A stretch of DNA of 64,000 nucleotides, taken from NCBI GenBank assembly GCA_040266715.1, contig JAPKNN010000005.1:31027-95026 (forward strand). Reading direction: 5' to 3'. Both the position numbers and the translations under genes were made by a program. The notes under the pieces are model-generated. The model had not been told where the DNA came from. It did no database searches and saw only the letters and a list, made by a program, of their open reading frames with translations. The DNA is from Paracoccaceae bacterium (GTDB lineage Bacteria; Pseudomonadota; Alphaproteobacteria; JAPKNN01). This document shows, piece by piece, positions 1 to 10,448 of the stretch. The first letter of the stretch is position 1; each line of letters opens with the position of its first letter.

Positions 1-614
1 TTTTAGCGGTAACTCCTAATGCCACTGTTACAGATATATATGATAAAGTTAAGCTTGTCCCTTTATTTGAATATATCCCTTATAAAGACTACTTAAAATC
101 AATCGGACTTGGATTTATCATTGAACTTAGTGGTGAAGGAATGATACCAGGAGATAGATCAAAGGCCATTAATTTACCTGATAAAAACACGTATTTTATT
201 CCTACAGTGTGCTATGAGGCTATTTTTCCTGACTATTTTTATGATGCAAGGTTAGAAAAAGATATGAACACACATGTTTTCTTGCTTAACCTATCAAATG
301 ATGCTTGGTTCCGAGATTCTGTAGGTTTAATACGCTTATTTGAATTCAGTAAATTGCGTGCCGTAGAAAATGGTTTACCCTATCTTCGATTATCCAATAG
401 AGGTATAAGCGGAGTTGTTGATCCTTTGGGACGTGTTATTAAAAAGACTGACGCCAATACAGATGCTATTATTGATATCAAATTATCTAAACAAAAACTG
501 CCTACTACCGCTTTATTTATCAATCATAATATTATGTTCTTTTTATTAACTATTTTAGTTATAGTAAATACATTGCGATTTTTTATTGTTAGAAGGATCC
601 TACGAAGCGATTGA
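1..614 (+). CDS. lnt: Apolipoprotein N-acyltransferase, C-terminal fragment (5' end lies upstream of the window)
   Basis: Frame stays open from nt 3 (..YDKVKLVPLFEYIPYKDY..) into the listed 141..614 ORF. CN-hydrolase C-terminal motifs are present (CYEAIFP, LSNDAWF, RAVENGLPYLR), plus a terminal TM helix. Confidence 0.85.
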   Translation, partial: LAVTPNATVTDIYDKVKLVPLFEYIPYKDYLKSIGLGFIIELSGEGMIPGDRSKAINLPDKNTYFIPTVCYEAIFPDYFYDARLEKDMNTHVFLLNLSNDAWFRDSVGLIRLFEFSKLRAVENGLPYLRLSNRGISGVVDPLGRVIKKTDANTDAIIDIKLSKQKLPTTALFINHNIMFFLLTILVIVNTLRFFIVRRILRSD

Positions 615-1402
615 AGAGTATGCCTTACCAACATCCTTATTTTTATAGTACCGAAAATGATACCAAAGAAAAAGTTAACGCTCTAATAGAGATGTATGGA
701 CAATGGTCTATACAACAAGCTGATGTAATTGTTGTGTTAGGAGGAGACGGACTTTTGCTTACAGCGGTACGTAAATATAAGAAATCTGGTCTTCCTATAT
801 ATGGCATGAATTGTGGTTCTGTTGGTTTCTTGATGAATGCCTTCTCTACTGACAAACTCTTACAAAGACTAAACACGGCGGAAATTACACCTGTACACCC
901 CTTAGAGATGCGTATTATAAAAGGGAAAAATAAAGACACACCAATAATGGCTTTTAATGAGGTCTCACTATTACGACAATCACATCAGGCCGCTAGAATT
1001 TCTATTGCCATTGATGGAAAGCTACGCATGTCGGAGCTTATAGCTGACGGATTAATTATATCAACAGCAATAGGTAGTACAGCCTATAACTTATCTGCGA
1101 ATGGACCTATCATTCCTGTAGGCAATCATTTACTGGCCGTTACACCTATTAGCCCCTTTAGACCCAGACGGTGGCGCGGAGCTTTACTACCAAGTGAAGC
1201 CGTAATTAAAATATACAATACTTCTCCAAGCAAACGTCCTATAAGTGCCACAGCTGATAACATTGAAGTGCGTGATGTTGAGGAAATTGATATCTATGAG
1301 AATAAAAAATGTACCGTATCCTTACTCTTTGACAGGGGACATAATCTTGATGAACGGATACTAGAAGAGCAATTTTGGGCAGAACCTTCAAAATTATATT
1401 AG
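611..1402 (+). CDS. nadK: NAD(+) kinase
   Basis: 263-aa ORF (TTG at 611, first ATG at 620) with the GGDG motif (VIVVLGGDGLLLTAV) and TAYNLSANGPI. The start overlaps the lnt stop. Confidence 0.9.
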   Translation: MKSMPYQHPYFYSTENDTKEKVNALIEMYGQWSIQQADVIVVLGGDGLLLTAVRKYKKSGLPIYGMNCGSVGFLMNAFSTDKLLQRLNTAEITPVHPLEMRIIKGKNKDTPIMAFNEVSLLRQSHQAARISIAIDGKLRMSELIADGLIISTAIGSTAYNLSANGPIIPVGNHLLAVTPISPFRPRRWRGALLPSEAVIKIYNTSPSKRPISATADNIEVRDVEEIDIYENKKCTVSLLFDRGHNLDERILEEQFWAEPSKLY

Positions 1403-1413
1403 ATATTAGCACA

Positions 1414-1677
1414 TTACAAATATTCTGTATATATGTCTAAAACCCATTCTTCAGAAAAGTAATATATATCTAAAAAATATTGCGCACCTATACCATTAGG
1501 ATCAAAAAACCATAACCAAGTGAACACACCAGTGCCCGAAACAAAGCCAAATATAAAACGTAATGGCCATGTTTTTAAAATATAAAACATGATGAATAAG
1601 CCAAGCATAAAACTTATTACTATCATAAATGATGGATTTGACGTTGTTTCTGATAAATAATATTCAATATCATTCAC
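1414..1677 (-). CDS. Small hypothetical membrane protein (2 predicted TM helices)
   Basis: 87-aa ORF filling the nadK/trpE gap, with two hydrophobic stretches (FMIVISFMLGLFIMFYIL, FIFGFVSGTGVFTWLWFF). No family recognised. Confidence 0.4.
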   Translation of the reverse strand: MNDIEYYLSETTSNPSFMIVISFMLGLFIMFYILKTWPLRFIFGFVSGTGVFTWLWFFDPNGIGAQYFLDIYYFSEEWVLDIYTEYL

Positions 1678-1710
1678 GTTTAGCCTCCTTAAATGTAACT
1701 CACTCTTATT

Positions 1711-3225
1711 TTAACACTCAGACAATGCAATATTGTAAGCTTCTTTCGCTGCTATATCAAGGGCAGATGCCTTATTTTGACATTCCTCATTCTCTAATTC
1801 TGGTTGTGAATCTAATACAATTCCAGCACCAGCTTGGATGTGAAGTAAATTATCCTTAATAAGTGCAGTACGCAAAATAATACAGGTATCCATATCACCA
1901 TTACTTGAGAAATAACCTGCAGCCCCCGCATAAGGTCCTCGGATCTCGCTTTCTAATTCGTTAATAATTTCCATTGCCCTTACCTTAGGTGCACCAGATA
2001 CAGTCCCCGCCGGAAATCCTGATCTTAATGCATCTAAAACATCTTTTCCTTCTGCTAGCTCCCCCGTGACATGAGAAACTATATGCATAACCTTACTATA
2101 ATACTCTAAAGTAAATTTTTCTGTAACATTGACACTTTTATATTTTGCGACTCTACCAGCATCATTCCTTCCTAAATCAAGCAACATCAAATGTTCCGCA
2201 CATTCTTTAGGATCGGCTAACAATTCACTTGCCATTAAGCTGTCCTCCTCAGCCGTTTTACCTCTTCTACGTGTTCCTGCTATGGGACGAATGTGCAGAT
2301 TCTTACCCGTAACATTTACTAAAATTTCAGGACTGGAACCCGCAAGAGAAAAATCATTAAAATCAAAATAAAATAAGTAAGGAGACGGATTAATACGGCG
2401 TAAAGATCTGTAATATTGAAATGCTGGCAAAGTAAATTTTTGCGTAAATCTTTGGCTAAGGACAACTTGAAAAATATCACCCGCAAGAATGTACTCACGT
2501 GCTTTGTCGACCTTTTGCATATATTCCATAGATGACAGGTTTGAACGCATCTTTTCTTTTGTGCTTTGCAAGCAATCTGATGAGGGGCTGGATATAGGAG
2601 TGCTATCCCTTAAAAGATTTTGTGTCTCTTTAAGTGTTTGTATCGCTTTATCATACGCATCTTTTGCCGATAAACTTGCTTTAAAAAAAACAGGGCACGA
2701 AATAATGACATCATCATACAAAGTATCAAAAACTACGGTAAGCCCTGCAACAAAAAAATACATATCAGGGACATTAAGAGAGTCCTTCTTAGGAGAAGGC
2801 AAATTCTCAATCATGTGCACCGTTTCATAGCTCATATAACCAAACAACCCCGAACATAAAGGTGGTAAATCTGTCGGGTATGGAAACCGTATTTCATTAA
2901 TTTTACTTTTAAGAACCGTGAAAGCTCTCTCATCTTGCTCTATATATTCACCTTTACCTTCTTTATCGACATCATCTGCTATAAATACTTTTCTATTCTT
3001 TACCTTTATAACTGATATCGGATTAAGGGCAATTGCAGAATAACGACCTCTGTGTCTTCCACTCTCTACAGATTCGAATAAGCAAGCCAGCTCCTTTGGC
3101 TGTGCGAGTTTAAGATATGCACTTATGGGTGTTAAAAGATCTGCTGGCTGTCTCATATACACCAGCTGACCTACGCCTGAATGGTATTTCTCTGAGAAAC
3201 TTGTAAAATCTGGTTCTATAAGCAT
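1711..3225 (-). CDS. trpE: Anthranilate synthase component I (stand-alone TrpE, no fused TrpG)
   Basis: 504-aa ORF with chorismate-binding motifs LMLLDLGRNDAGRV, GAPKVRAMEII, GPYAGAAGYF. Confidence 0.9.
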   Translation of the reverse strand: MLIEPDFTSFSEKYHSGVGQLVYMRQPADLLTPISAYLKLAQPKELACLFESVESGRHRGRYSAIALNPISVIKVKNRKVFIADDVDKEGKGEYIEQDERAFTVLKSKINEIRFPYPTDLPPLCSGLFGYMSYETVHMIENLPSPKKDSLNVPDMYFFVAGLTVVFDTLYDDVIISCPVFFKASLSAKDAYDKAIQTLKETQNLLRDSTPISSPSSDCLQSTKEKMRSNLSSMEYMQKVDKAREYILAGDIFQVVLSQRFTQKFTLPAFQYYRSLRRINPSPYLFYFDFNDFSLAGSSPEILVNVTGKNLHIRPIAGTRRRGKTAEEDSLMASELLADPKECAEHLMLLDLGRNDAGRVAKYKSVNVTEKFTLEYYSKVMHIVSHVTGELAEGKDVLDALRSGFPAGTVSGAPKVRAMEIINELESEIRGPYAGAAGYFSSNGDMDTCIILRTALIKDNLLHIQAGAGIVLDSQPELENEECQNKASALDIAAKEAYNIALSEC

Positions 3226-3244
3226 CTAGTCAAGTAAGCCGTAA

Positions 3245-5152
3245 TTAATTCTGATTCATAAACTGTAAAACATTGTCTATTGCATCCTTGTTAATATTTA
3301 CTTTATATTGCGAACGTAAATACTCTAAAAATGCTGTATGAAAATCTTCTATAGGTGTATTATTAAAATCTTGTTTGACCTTGCTTGACACCTCATCTTT
3401 ATGTTTTTCTAAAAAACGATTTCTTTTTATAATTTCAAAAAGGTAGACAATTTGTGCATTTTTATCATAATAATAGCCACGTTCCCCTTGCCTATAATTG
3501 AATATTTCATTTACTGCTTCAGAGGGAAGTTTTGTATTGTACGACTGCCTTGAGATATGTGTATATGTTGTCACTTGTTTATTTATTTTTCCCGTTGCAT
3601 CAAAAAGGCTTCCATTTGTATTGGCGTCTTTTAGTATTTTCTTTGAGAATTTAATTAATTCCTGTTCAATTTGCTGTTCTTTCAAAGAAGCAATAATGTC
3701 TTTTTTGCTTTCCTCCAAAGTTGAAAAAGATGCCTCTTTTATTGTAAGAACCTCGAACCATAGGGCACCCCCATTATCTAGGTCAACACTGGCATTTTCA
3801 ACACCAATGTCACTTTCGTATATTTCTTCAAGCAAATTTCTTGTAATATAGGGATCCGCACTACTCTCGCCATTCTCTTGAATCCCATTAATGTCAATAA
3901 AGGGAGTATCTTTATAGGTATAACCTAACCCCTTTGCGACTAAACTTAACTGACTTGATTGAGTACGCGCTTGCTCAAACTCATTAATACGATCCTGTAG
4001 CAAATCATATTTTGTTTCATTTAAAATATTCGTTGTAATAGTTTCTTTCGCATCTTCAAAAGATGTGTTTTTTGAAGGAAAAATACTTTTCACACGAACA
4101 ATCGAAAAACCAAAAAGCGTTTCAACGGGTTCCGAGAAAGTATTTTTGGAAACCATGAAGGCCATATCTGCGATTGCCTCATCACTTATATCTTGTTTCG
4201 TACTTCTTTCTACCAAAAGATCTTGTTTACTAAATCCTTTTTTTTGAGCGATTTCATAAAAATCCTTCCCAGCAAGTAATTCTTCATAAACACTTTGTGC
4301 TTCTTTACTATCTGGTAAAGTAAGAACTTCAAAAATACGCTCTTCTGGCTTATTAAATTCTTGTAGATGTGTCGTATAATAATCGCTGATCTCCTCTTCA
4401 CTTACAGAGATTTTCTGCGTAACATCATTCTCATCAATTTTAACATAACGCACGCTACGATAGGCTGGCTTAAAGAAGTCCTGCTTATTGTCCTTATAGT
4501 ATTGTACAATATCATTTTCAGTGATTGGCTTAGAATTGTTGGAAAGATCACTTTTGGATATTGTTATGTAGTCTACATTGAGCGTATTATATAAAAATTC
4601 CGCATAAATATCATTAAAGACAGGACTAATATTAACAGGTGTAAAAAGTGATAAAACTATTTGCTGTCGCAAATAGGCATCTCTTAACATAAGACGATAA
4701 TCGTCTTCTGTAAAATTATTAGAACGCAGTATTTGCGCAAAAACACCTTTACTAAATTTATTGTTACGTTGAAATGAAGGATCTTTTTTTATTTGCTCTG
4801 TTATGTATTCGTTTGATATATCAATATTATGCGTAGCAATAAAATTATCTAATAATTTTTCATTAATGAGATTATTGAGAATAACCCTATCCAACCCAAA
4901 TCGTTTTAACATGGTGATATCAAGTTGCTTCATTCCTACATTTTGAGCAAACTGCTCCGATATTTTTGTGAGTCTTTCTGCATATTCTTGAGCCGAAATA
5001 TCAAAATCGCCTATATGTGCTACTGTTTGTTCGTCATTGTCTTCAAGCACACTAGCATTGATACCCCAAAACAAGAAACTAATTGCCAACACAACCAAAA
5101 ATATTTTTGTTACAAATTTTGCAATATTTCCACGCAGGGAACGAAGTGCCAT
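3245..5152 (-). CDS. ppiD: Periplasmic chaperone / peptidyl-prolyl isomerase D-like protein
   Basis: 635-aa ORF with an N-terminal signal anchor (IFLVVLAISFLFWG) and a SurA-N-like region plus a parvulin-like segment. It sits in the conserved position between trpE and tpiA. Confidence 0.75.
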   Translation of the reverse strand: MALRSLRGNIAKFVTKIFLVVLAISFLFWGINASVLEDNDEQTVAHIGDFDISAQEYAERLTKISEQFAQNVGMKQLDITMLKRFGLDRVILNNLINEKLLDNFIATHNIDISNEYITEQIKKDPSFQRNNKFSKGVFAQILRSNNFTEDDYRLMLRDAYLRQQIVLSLFTPVNISPVFNDIYAEFLYNTLNVDYITISKSDLSNNSKPITENDIVQYYKDNKQDFFKPAYRSVRYVKIDENDVTQKISVSEEEISDYYTTHLQEFNKPEERIFEVLTLPDSKEAQSVYEELLAGKDFYEIAQKKGFSKQDLLVERSTKQDISDEAIADMAFMVSKNTFSEPVETLFGFSIVRVKSIFPSKNTSFEDAKETITTNILNETKYDLLQDRINEFEQARTQSSQLSLVAKGLGYTYKDTPFIDINGIQENGESSADPYITRNLLEEIYESDIGVENASVDLDNGGALWFEVLTIKEASFSTLEESKKDIIASLKEQQIEQELIKFSKKILKDANTNGSLFDATGKINKQVTTYTHISRQSYNTKLPSEAVNEIFNYRQGERGYYYDKNAQIVYLFEIIKRNRFLEKHKDEVSSKVKQDFNNTPIEDFHTAFLEYLRSQYKVNINKDAIDNVLQFMNQN

Positions 5153-5264
5153 ACAATACCTCTTCTTTTAGTAATATGAGTGTTAGTCTTACTTATTTTC
5201 AAATATAGATATGCTGCAAAGCTTACCCTTAGCAAGACAAATTACATATATTGTATATTTCATC

Positions 5265-5293
5265 TTGACGCTTATACAACAAAAACGTATTCT
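5265..5293 (+). promoter_or_regulatory. Sigma-70-like promoter candidate upstream of tpiA
   Basis: TTGACG (5265-5270), 17-nt spacer, TATTCT (5288-5293), read by eye in the ppiD/tpiA divergent intergenic region. Confidence 0.3.
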
Positions 5294-5382
5294 AGGATTT
5301 GTTATTCGCCACGTCAACTATTAATAATTTAAAACCGCAAAGTAATGTTTTATTTAACACGATCCTTGTAAAAATAAACTGT

Positions 5383-6144
5383 ATGACAACACACCCATTT
5401 ATATATGTTGCAAATTGGAAAATGTATGGGTTACGTAACTCAGGCGAGGAGCTGCGTGAAATCATAACTGCTTTGGAAAACACAATATTTCCAAACATGT
5501 CAAATAAAGAAATTGTTTTTGCACCACCTGCTACTTTGATATCGTATTTTGCAGATATCATACACACATCATCTTGTTCTACACCCATAGCATTAGCAGG
5601 ACAAAATTGCCATACGCAGTGTGAGGGCGCATACACGGGTTCTATTTCCGCTCCCATGTTATATGATAGTGGAGCACGCTATGTATTATTAGGTCATTCA
5701 GAAGTAAGACAAGTTGCAGATAGTGATGCGGATATATTAGAAAAGACTCACATTGCCCATAGGGCAGGACTACGAACTATCGTGTGCGTGGGTGAGGAAC
5801 GCAAGCAAAGAGAAAGCGGAAAAGCTGTGCAAACTGTCATAGAGCAATTATCACGATGCCTAGATAAAGATTTTTCTTACGATAACGGAGATATAGCTTA
5901 TGAACCTCTATGGGCCATAGGTGCAGAATCACCTCCTTCAGTTACTGAAATAGCTGAAATGCACGAAGCCATAACATTGTATTTCCACGATAATGGAGTT
6001 AAAAATATTCCACGTATCTTATACGGAGGGGCAGTAAATGAAAATACCATTCACACTATTAAAAATATCGCCAATGTCAATGGAGTTTTAGTGGGACGTG
6101 CCAGCCTAAAATCATCACAATTTTTGAAAATAATAGAACCATGA
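5383..6144 (+). CDS. tpiA: Triose-phosphate isomerase
   Basis: Motifs VANWKMYG, AYEPLWAIG, YGGAVN. The track ORF starts at a TTG (5299). The ATG at 5383 (MTTHPFIYVANWKM) matches the usual TIM N-terminus. Confidence 0.9.
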   Translation: MTTHPFIYVANWKMYGLRNSGEELREIITALENTIFPNMSNKEIVFAPPATLISYFADIIHTSSCSTPIALAGQNCHTQCEGAYTGSISAPMLYDSGARYVLLGHSEVRQVADSDADILEKTHIAHRAGLRTIVCVGEERKQRESGKAVQTVIEQLSRCLDKDFSYDNGDIAYEPLWAIGAESPPSVTEIAEMHEAITLYFHDNGVKNIPRILYGGAVNENTIHTIKNIANVNGVLVGRASLKSSQFLKIIEP

Positions 6145-7364
6145 TGCCCCATCATTTTACTTCCCCAATTAACGATACTAAAAAACCGCAAGAAAAACTG
6201 TCCGATATTTTTTCAGGTCATCGTGACGACCCTCTTGATATAGGCAGTTCTGCATATACATCAACCATAGCTGTAGCCATGTCAGGTGGTGTTGACTCGT
6301 CTGTAACGGCAGCACTTCTTAAAAAATCTGGCTATAATGTTATCGGTTTGACAATGCAACTCTATGATCATGGGCAGGCAATACGTAAAAAAGGCGCTTG
6401 CTGTGCTGGTGTTGATGTACAAGACGCCAAGAAAGTTGCACATATGATAGGTATCCCACATTACGTTCTGAATTATGAAAAAATCTTTAAAGAACGCGTT
6501 ATAGATTCATTCGTAGATGGATATTTTAATGCTGAAACGCCAATACCTTGCATTGACTGTAATCGAGAAATCAAATTTAAAGATCTACTATATACAGCAC
6601 AAAATTTAGGAGCAGATGCACTCGTTACTGGGCATTATGTTGTTAGCGAAAAGTCTGACGATGGAAAATATAATCTCTTTCGTGGTTCTGATAAAAAAAG
6701 AGATCAGAGTTATTTTTTATTCAATGTTACAAAAAAAGAACTTTCATATTTGCGCTTTCCTCTAGGTAGTGTATGTAAATCTGAAACGCGTGAAATTGCA
6801 AAACAAATGCAGTTGAGTGTTGCAAAAAAGGCCGATAGTCAAGATATATGTTTTATTCCTAATGGTGATTATGCTGCATTATTGCGTCGTTTGCGACCAG
6901 AGGCGGTAACACCAGGAAATATTGTTGATGTTAATGGGAAAGTATTAGGCCAACATAAAGGCATTATTGATTATACAATCGGTCAAAGAAAAGGGTTAGG
7001 TATTGCCTTAGGTAAACCGCTTTACGTCATCGCAATTAACAAAGATACTTTGGAGGTTGTTGTCGGAGAAAAATCTGACTTTCAGAAAACAGATATCGTA
7101 TTACGTGATTTTAATTGGCTTGGGGATGACACATGGCACTTTACTGAACCCACGACAGTTTTCGTGAAATTGCGTTCTACGCAAGAGCCTGTAAAAGCCA
7201 TTTTTTCTATGCAAAATACAACCCCTACAATAAAGATTGATGACCCTACTTTAACACCTACTAACGGTCAAGCTTGTGTAATTTATAGCTCAAAGGAACC
7301 AAGAGCACGCGTTCTAGGCGGAGGCTTTATAACAGCCTATTCTTCTCAAGAACAATCAGCATAA
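6141..7364 (+). CDS. mnmA: tRNA 2-thiouridine(34) synthase
   Basis: PP-loop AMSGGVDSSV, CIDCN and DQSYFL motifs. The ATG overlaps the tpiA stop (ATGA). Confidence 0.9.
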   Translation: MMPHHFTSPINDTKKPQEKLSDIFSGHRDDPLDIGSSAYTSTIAVAMSGGVDSSVTAALLKKSGYNVIGLTMQLYDHGQAIRKKGACCAGVDVQDAKKVAHMIGIPHYVLNYEKIFKERVIDSFVDGYFNAETPIPCIDCNREIKFKDLLYTAQNLGADALVTGHYVVSEKSDDGKYNLFRGSDKKRDQSYFLFNVTKKELSYLRFPLGSVCKSETREIAKQMQLSVAKKADSQDICFIPNGDYAALLRRLRPEAVTPGNIVDVNGKVLGQHKGIIDYTIGQRKGLGIALGKPLYVIAINKDTLEVVVGEKSDFQKTDIVLRDFNWLGDDTWHFTEPTTVFVKLRSTQEPVKAIFSMQNTTPTIKIDDPTLTPTNGQACVIYSSKEPRARVLGGGFITAYSSQEQSA

Positions 7365-8167
7365 CCTATGACTTTAGCTGGTATGCCAGCAGCCGTTCTA
7401 TTGGCAGGTATGTGATTTAAGACAACACTCCCAGCAGCAATTTTTGAGCACGCTCCAATTTCAATATTGCCAAGTATCGTAGCGCCCGCACCGATAAGTA
7501 CGCCCACACCAATTTTAGGATGCCTGTCACAATTGACCTTACCCATACCTCCAAGCGTCACACCATGCAACAACCATACGCAATCTTCTAAGACGCAGGT
7601 TTCACCTATAACAATACCTGTACAATGATCTATCATAATACCCTTACCTATACGTGCACCAGGATGAATATCCGCTGCAAAGCGACGGGAGCAAAGACTT
7701 TGTAAAAATAATGATAGATCTTTATTACCACAATGCCAAAAATAATGCCCCAATCTATATGTTAATAAAGCGTGAAAGCCTTTAAAATAACAAAACGCAT
7801 CTAAATATCTATGGCACGCTGGATCTCTATCCATTACGGCATAAAAATCATAACAAACCGATTTCATGATACTGTGCTCTTGAGACAGAATGAGATAAAA
7901 TTCATCATACAAATATTGTTCGTTTATTTCACGCGTTTCCAAAACAGAGGCTAGGCGCGACGCCAAACATTCAACAAGATTATTACGTGATAATATATGA
8001 CGTTCAAAAAAAAAACGCATAATTGGAGACTGTTCTAAAGCCTCAGTTGCTTCTTGTTGTAATTGTATAAAAATACTGTTCTCATCAGGAATAAGTGTAT
8101 CTTCTATTATACATTTTGTATCTTTAAGCGTGTAATTTAATTTTTTTTCAAACGATTTTTCAACCAT
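7346..8167 (-). CDS. cysE: Serine O-acetyltransferase
   Basis: Hexapeptide-repeat core (GKGIMIDHCTGIVIGETCVLEDCVWLLHGVTLGG) with a SATase N-domain. The longest frame starts at a TTG (8221); ATG 8167 (MVEKSF) is preferred. The 3' end overlaps mnmA by 19 nt, convergently. Confidence 0.85.
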   Translation of the reverse strand: MVEKSFEKKLNYTLKDTKCIIEDTLIPDENSIFIQLQQEATEALEQSPIMRFFFERHILSRNNLVECLASRLASVLETREINEQYLYDEFYLILSQEHSIMKSVCYDFYAVMDRDPACHRYLDAFCYFKGFHALLTYRLGHYFWHCGNKDLSLFLQSLCSRRFAADIHPGARIGKGIMIDHCTGIVIGETCVLEDCVWLLHGVTLGGMGKVNCDRHPKIGVGVLIGAGATILGNIEIGACSKIAAGSVVLNHIPANRTAAGIPAKVIGYADCS

Positions 8168-8245
8168 ATAGTAAACCTTTTTTATGCGTACTGAAAATAA
8201 TAAAAGTTGGGGTGTATACAACCATTTATTTCTTAAAATACTGGC

Positions 8246-8647
8246 TTATTTTTTTTCAAGCAATTCAATTAAATAACCATCTGGATCTTTTATAAAAGCG
8301 ATATGTGTTGAACCATGTTTCATCGGACCTGGTTCTCTTACTATATGTGCCCCTTCATTTGCTAACCTCTTACACACGGCATATATATCGTCAACCCCTA
8401 ATGCAATATGTCCGTAAGCTGTGCCAATATCGTAGGGCTCTTTTTGATCCCAATTATGTGTTAATTCTATAACGAAATTATCTGCCTCTTCACCATAACC
8501 AATAAAAGCAAGAGTAAAACCTCCACTTTCAAAATCAATGCGCCGTAATAATTGCATAGAAAAAAAACGTTGATAAAAATCAATTGATTTTTCAAGATCC
8601 CTAACACGTAACATCACGTGTAGAAGTCGAAATTGTGTCATGGCCAT
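8246..8647 (-). CDS. gloA: Lactoylglutathione lyase (glyoxalase I, VOC family)
   Basis: 133-aa ORF with LLHVMLRVRDLEKSIDFY, ELTHNW, HIAL, DPDGYLIELL. Confidence 0.85.
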   Translation of the reverse strand: MAMTQFRLLHVMLRVRDLEKSIDFYQRFFSMQLLRRIDFESGGFTLAFIGYGEEADNFVIELTHNWDQKEPYDIGTAYGHIALGVDDIYAVCKRLANEGAHIVREPGPMKHGSTHIAFIKDPDGYLIELLEKK

Positions 8648-8772
8648 ATTCGTCCTATTTATAAATATGTGTGATTAAGTTTTCTTAGTATAGCAAATCA
8701 AATTATAATTGCTATATAATATAGTATATATTACATCTGTGTAGATGAGATAAAGCTATCTGAAGAGAACAT

Positions 8773-9249
8773 ATGGAAAAAATACTGAACATAGGAGATA
8801 AATTCCCAACTTTTACACTACTAGACGAGCAGGGAATCAGTCGTAATATGGTTGATTTTGAAGGAAGTAAGGTTATTTTATTTTTTTATCCTAAAGATGA
8901 TACCAGTGGTTGTACGAGGGAAAGCTTGGAATTTACTACTGCACGAGAACAATTTAACACCTACAACACTATTATACTTGGAGTATCTCCTGACTCAGTA
9001 GAGAGTCATAAAAAATTTGTTGCCAAACATGATTTAAAAATAACACTTTTGTCTGATGCGGATAAGGAGCTCAGCCGTAAAACCAATGTATGGGTAGAGA
9101 AATCAATGTATGGAAAAAAATACATGGGTGTAGAGCGGACGAGTTTTCTATTAAACGAGCAAGGCATTATATTGGCTGTATGGCGCAAGGTTAAAGTTGC
9201 TGGCCATGTAGAAGAGGTTTTGCAAACCCTGCAAAATTTAAATACATAA
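8773..9249 (+). CDS. bcp: Thioredoxin-dependent peroxiredoxin Bcp
   Basis: 158-aa AhpC/TSA fold with the peroxidatic Cys motif FFYPKDDTSGCTRE. Confidence 0.85.
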   Translation: MEKILNIGDKFPTFTLLDEQGISRNMVDFEGSKVILFFYPKDDTSGCTRESLEFTTAREQFNTYNTIILGVSPDSVESHKKFVAKHDLKITLLSDADKELSRKTNVWVEKSMYGKKYMGVERTSFLLNEQGIILAVWRKVKVAGHVEEVLQTLQNLNT

Positions 9250-9897
9250 TTCATTGCGGCGTTTGCATACAAATTTTATCATCAAAACTATGCCATATCC
9301 GCTCTTTTGCCATTGGGGATTATCAATAATTTCATATACAAACTGCCATGATTGCATAGCTTGTTCTATCTCAATTTTTATATTATGACGACTTTTGAGA
9401 AAGAAGATTGGTGTATGTTCATTGCCAATAAGTGCACAATAGGACAATAATGTATCCAGAGATGCCAGAGCACGTGCAACTATACACATAGAAGCTTTAT
9501 TAGCAAAAAATGGCGCTGTCTTTTCAATACGATTGTTCATAATAACGACATTTCTTAAATTTAAATGCAAACAGACATTATGCAAAAAAGCTGTTTTTTT
9601 ATGATGACTATCAATTAAATAAAAACGCGTCTCTGGTAATGCAATGGCCAGAACAATGCCAGGAAAACCAGCCCCAGCCCCCATATCAATGCAAGATGAT
9701 GTAACATTCTCAGTTAGATGATTGATATAACGGTCTTGTTTAATGTCCACAAGTCGGTAGCAATCTATAATATGTCTTTGCCATAGATGCTCTAAATTAT
9801 GCGAATCGGCAACAAGATTTATTCGGTTATTCCACTGACATAAAATATCCAAATAATGTTTATATTTTTCTATCAAATCTTTTGGTATAGTAAGCAT
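9238..9897 (-). CDS. rsmG: 16S rRNA (guanine527-N7)-methyltransferase
   Basis: SAM motif DMGAGAGFPGIVLAI. The longest frame starts at a TTG (9906); ATG at 9897 is preferred. It is not linked to mnmE/mnmG/parAB here. Confidence 0.8.
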   Translation of the reverse strand: MLTIPKDLIEKYKHYLDILCQWNNRINLVADSHNLEHLWQRHIIDCYRLVDIKQDRYINHLTENVTSSCIDMGAGAGFPGIVLAIALPETRFYLIDSHHKKTAFLHNVCLHLNLRNVVIMNNRIEKTAPFFANKASMCIVARALASLDTLLSYCALIGNEHTPIFFLKSRHNIKIEIEQAMQSWQFVYEIIDNPQWQKSGYGIVLMIKFVCKRRNELCI

Positions 9898-9942
9898 AAT
9901 GTACAATCATATATATCTATTGATCACGCTATCATAATACAA

Positions 9943-10425
9943 TTACGTTTTGTCATCAAAGTACATATTTAATTTTGTAAGATAATAAAGTAGTTGCTTT
10001 GCATAACCTTTAGGCATAACGGAGCGGATTTTTTTTTCTACCTTAAGGGCCTGAATTTCATACGCTATGAGTGCGTTTTCCCCTTCTTCGGTTATAGACA
10101 AAATTTGATTGCGTTTGTCTTCCTTATATTTTACTATTTTTATATACCCTTTTTCCAATAATTTTGATGCCAAAACAGCTAAGTTACTCTTGTCTAATTG
10201 TGTTTTTTTGACAAGTTGAGAAATATTATATGCATCATGCAATTGAATATTTTTAAGCAATAAATGTTGTCTTGGCGTTAATCCTGTATGTTTTGTGTGG
10301 ACGATATATTCATAATTGATTTTTTTTCGTGCTTGAAAAAATGCATACTCAATACTGTTTTCTAACTTAAGGCGGCGCTTTTTTTTCTCTAATACCGAAG
10401 CGGTTTTATTTAATTTTGTATGCAT
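9943..10425 (-). CDS. MarR-family transcriptional regulator
   Basis: 160-aa winged-HTH pattern (LTPRQHLLLKNI...ISQLVKKTQLDKSNLAVLASKLLEKGYI..KEDKRNQILSITEEG). Confidence 0.7.
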   Translation of the reverse strand: MHTKLNKTASVLEKKKRRLKLENSIEYAFFQARKKINYEYIVHTKHTGLTPRQHLLLKNIQLHDAYNISQLVKKTQLDKSNLAVLASKLLEKGYIKIVKYKEDKRNQILSITEEGENALIAYEIQALKVEKKIRSVMPKGYAKQLLYYLTKLNMYFDDKT

Positions 10426-10448
10426 CGTAAAAATAATTATATATAATT

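Noticed and set aside
8005-8014. T10 homopolymer inside cysE (codes RFFFE), plus A8-A9 runs in the marR and folP 5' regions, considered as phase-variation switches.
   Set aside because: Such runs are common in AT-rich genomes and sit in frame within conserved housekeeping genes. There is no paired alternative frame or contingency-locus context.
8689-8716. Inverted repeat TATAGCAA-N12-TTGCTATA in the gloA/bcp divergent promoter, considered as a possible OxyR/MarR operator.
   Set aside because: It is a single 8-bp AT-rich repeat that matches no consensus I know, so it cannot be distinguished from chance.
7346-9249. Convergent CDS overlaps mnmA/cysE (19 nt) and bcp/rsmG (12 nt), considered as regulatory antisense arrangements.
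   Set aside because: These are short 3'-3' overlaps between unrelated housekeeping genes, which are common in compact genomes. There is no additional structure.
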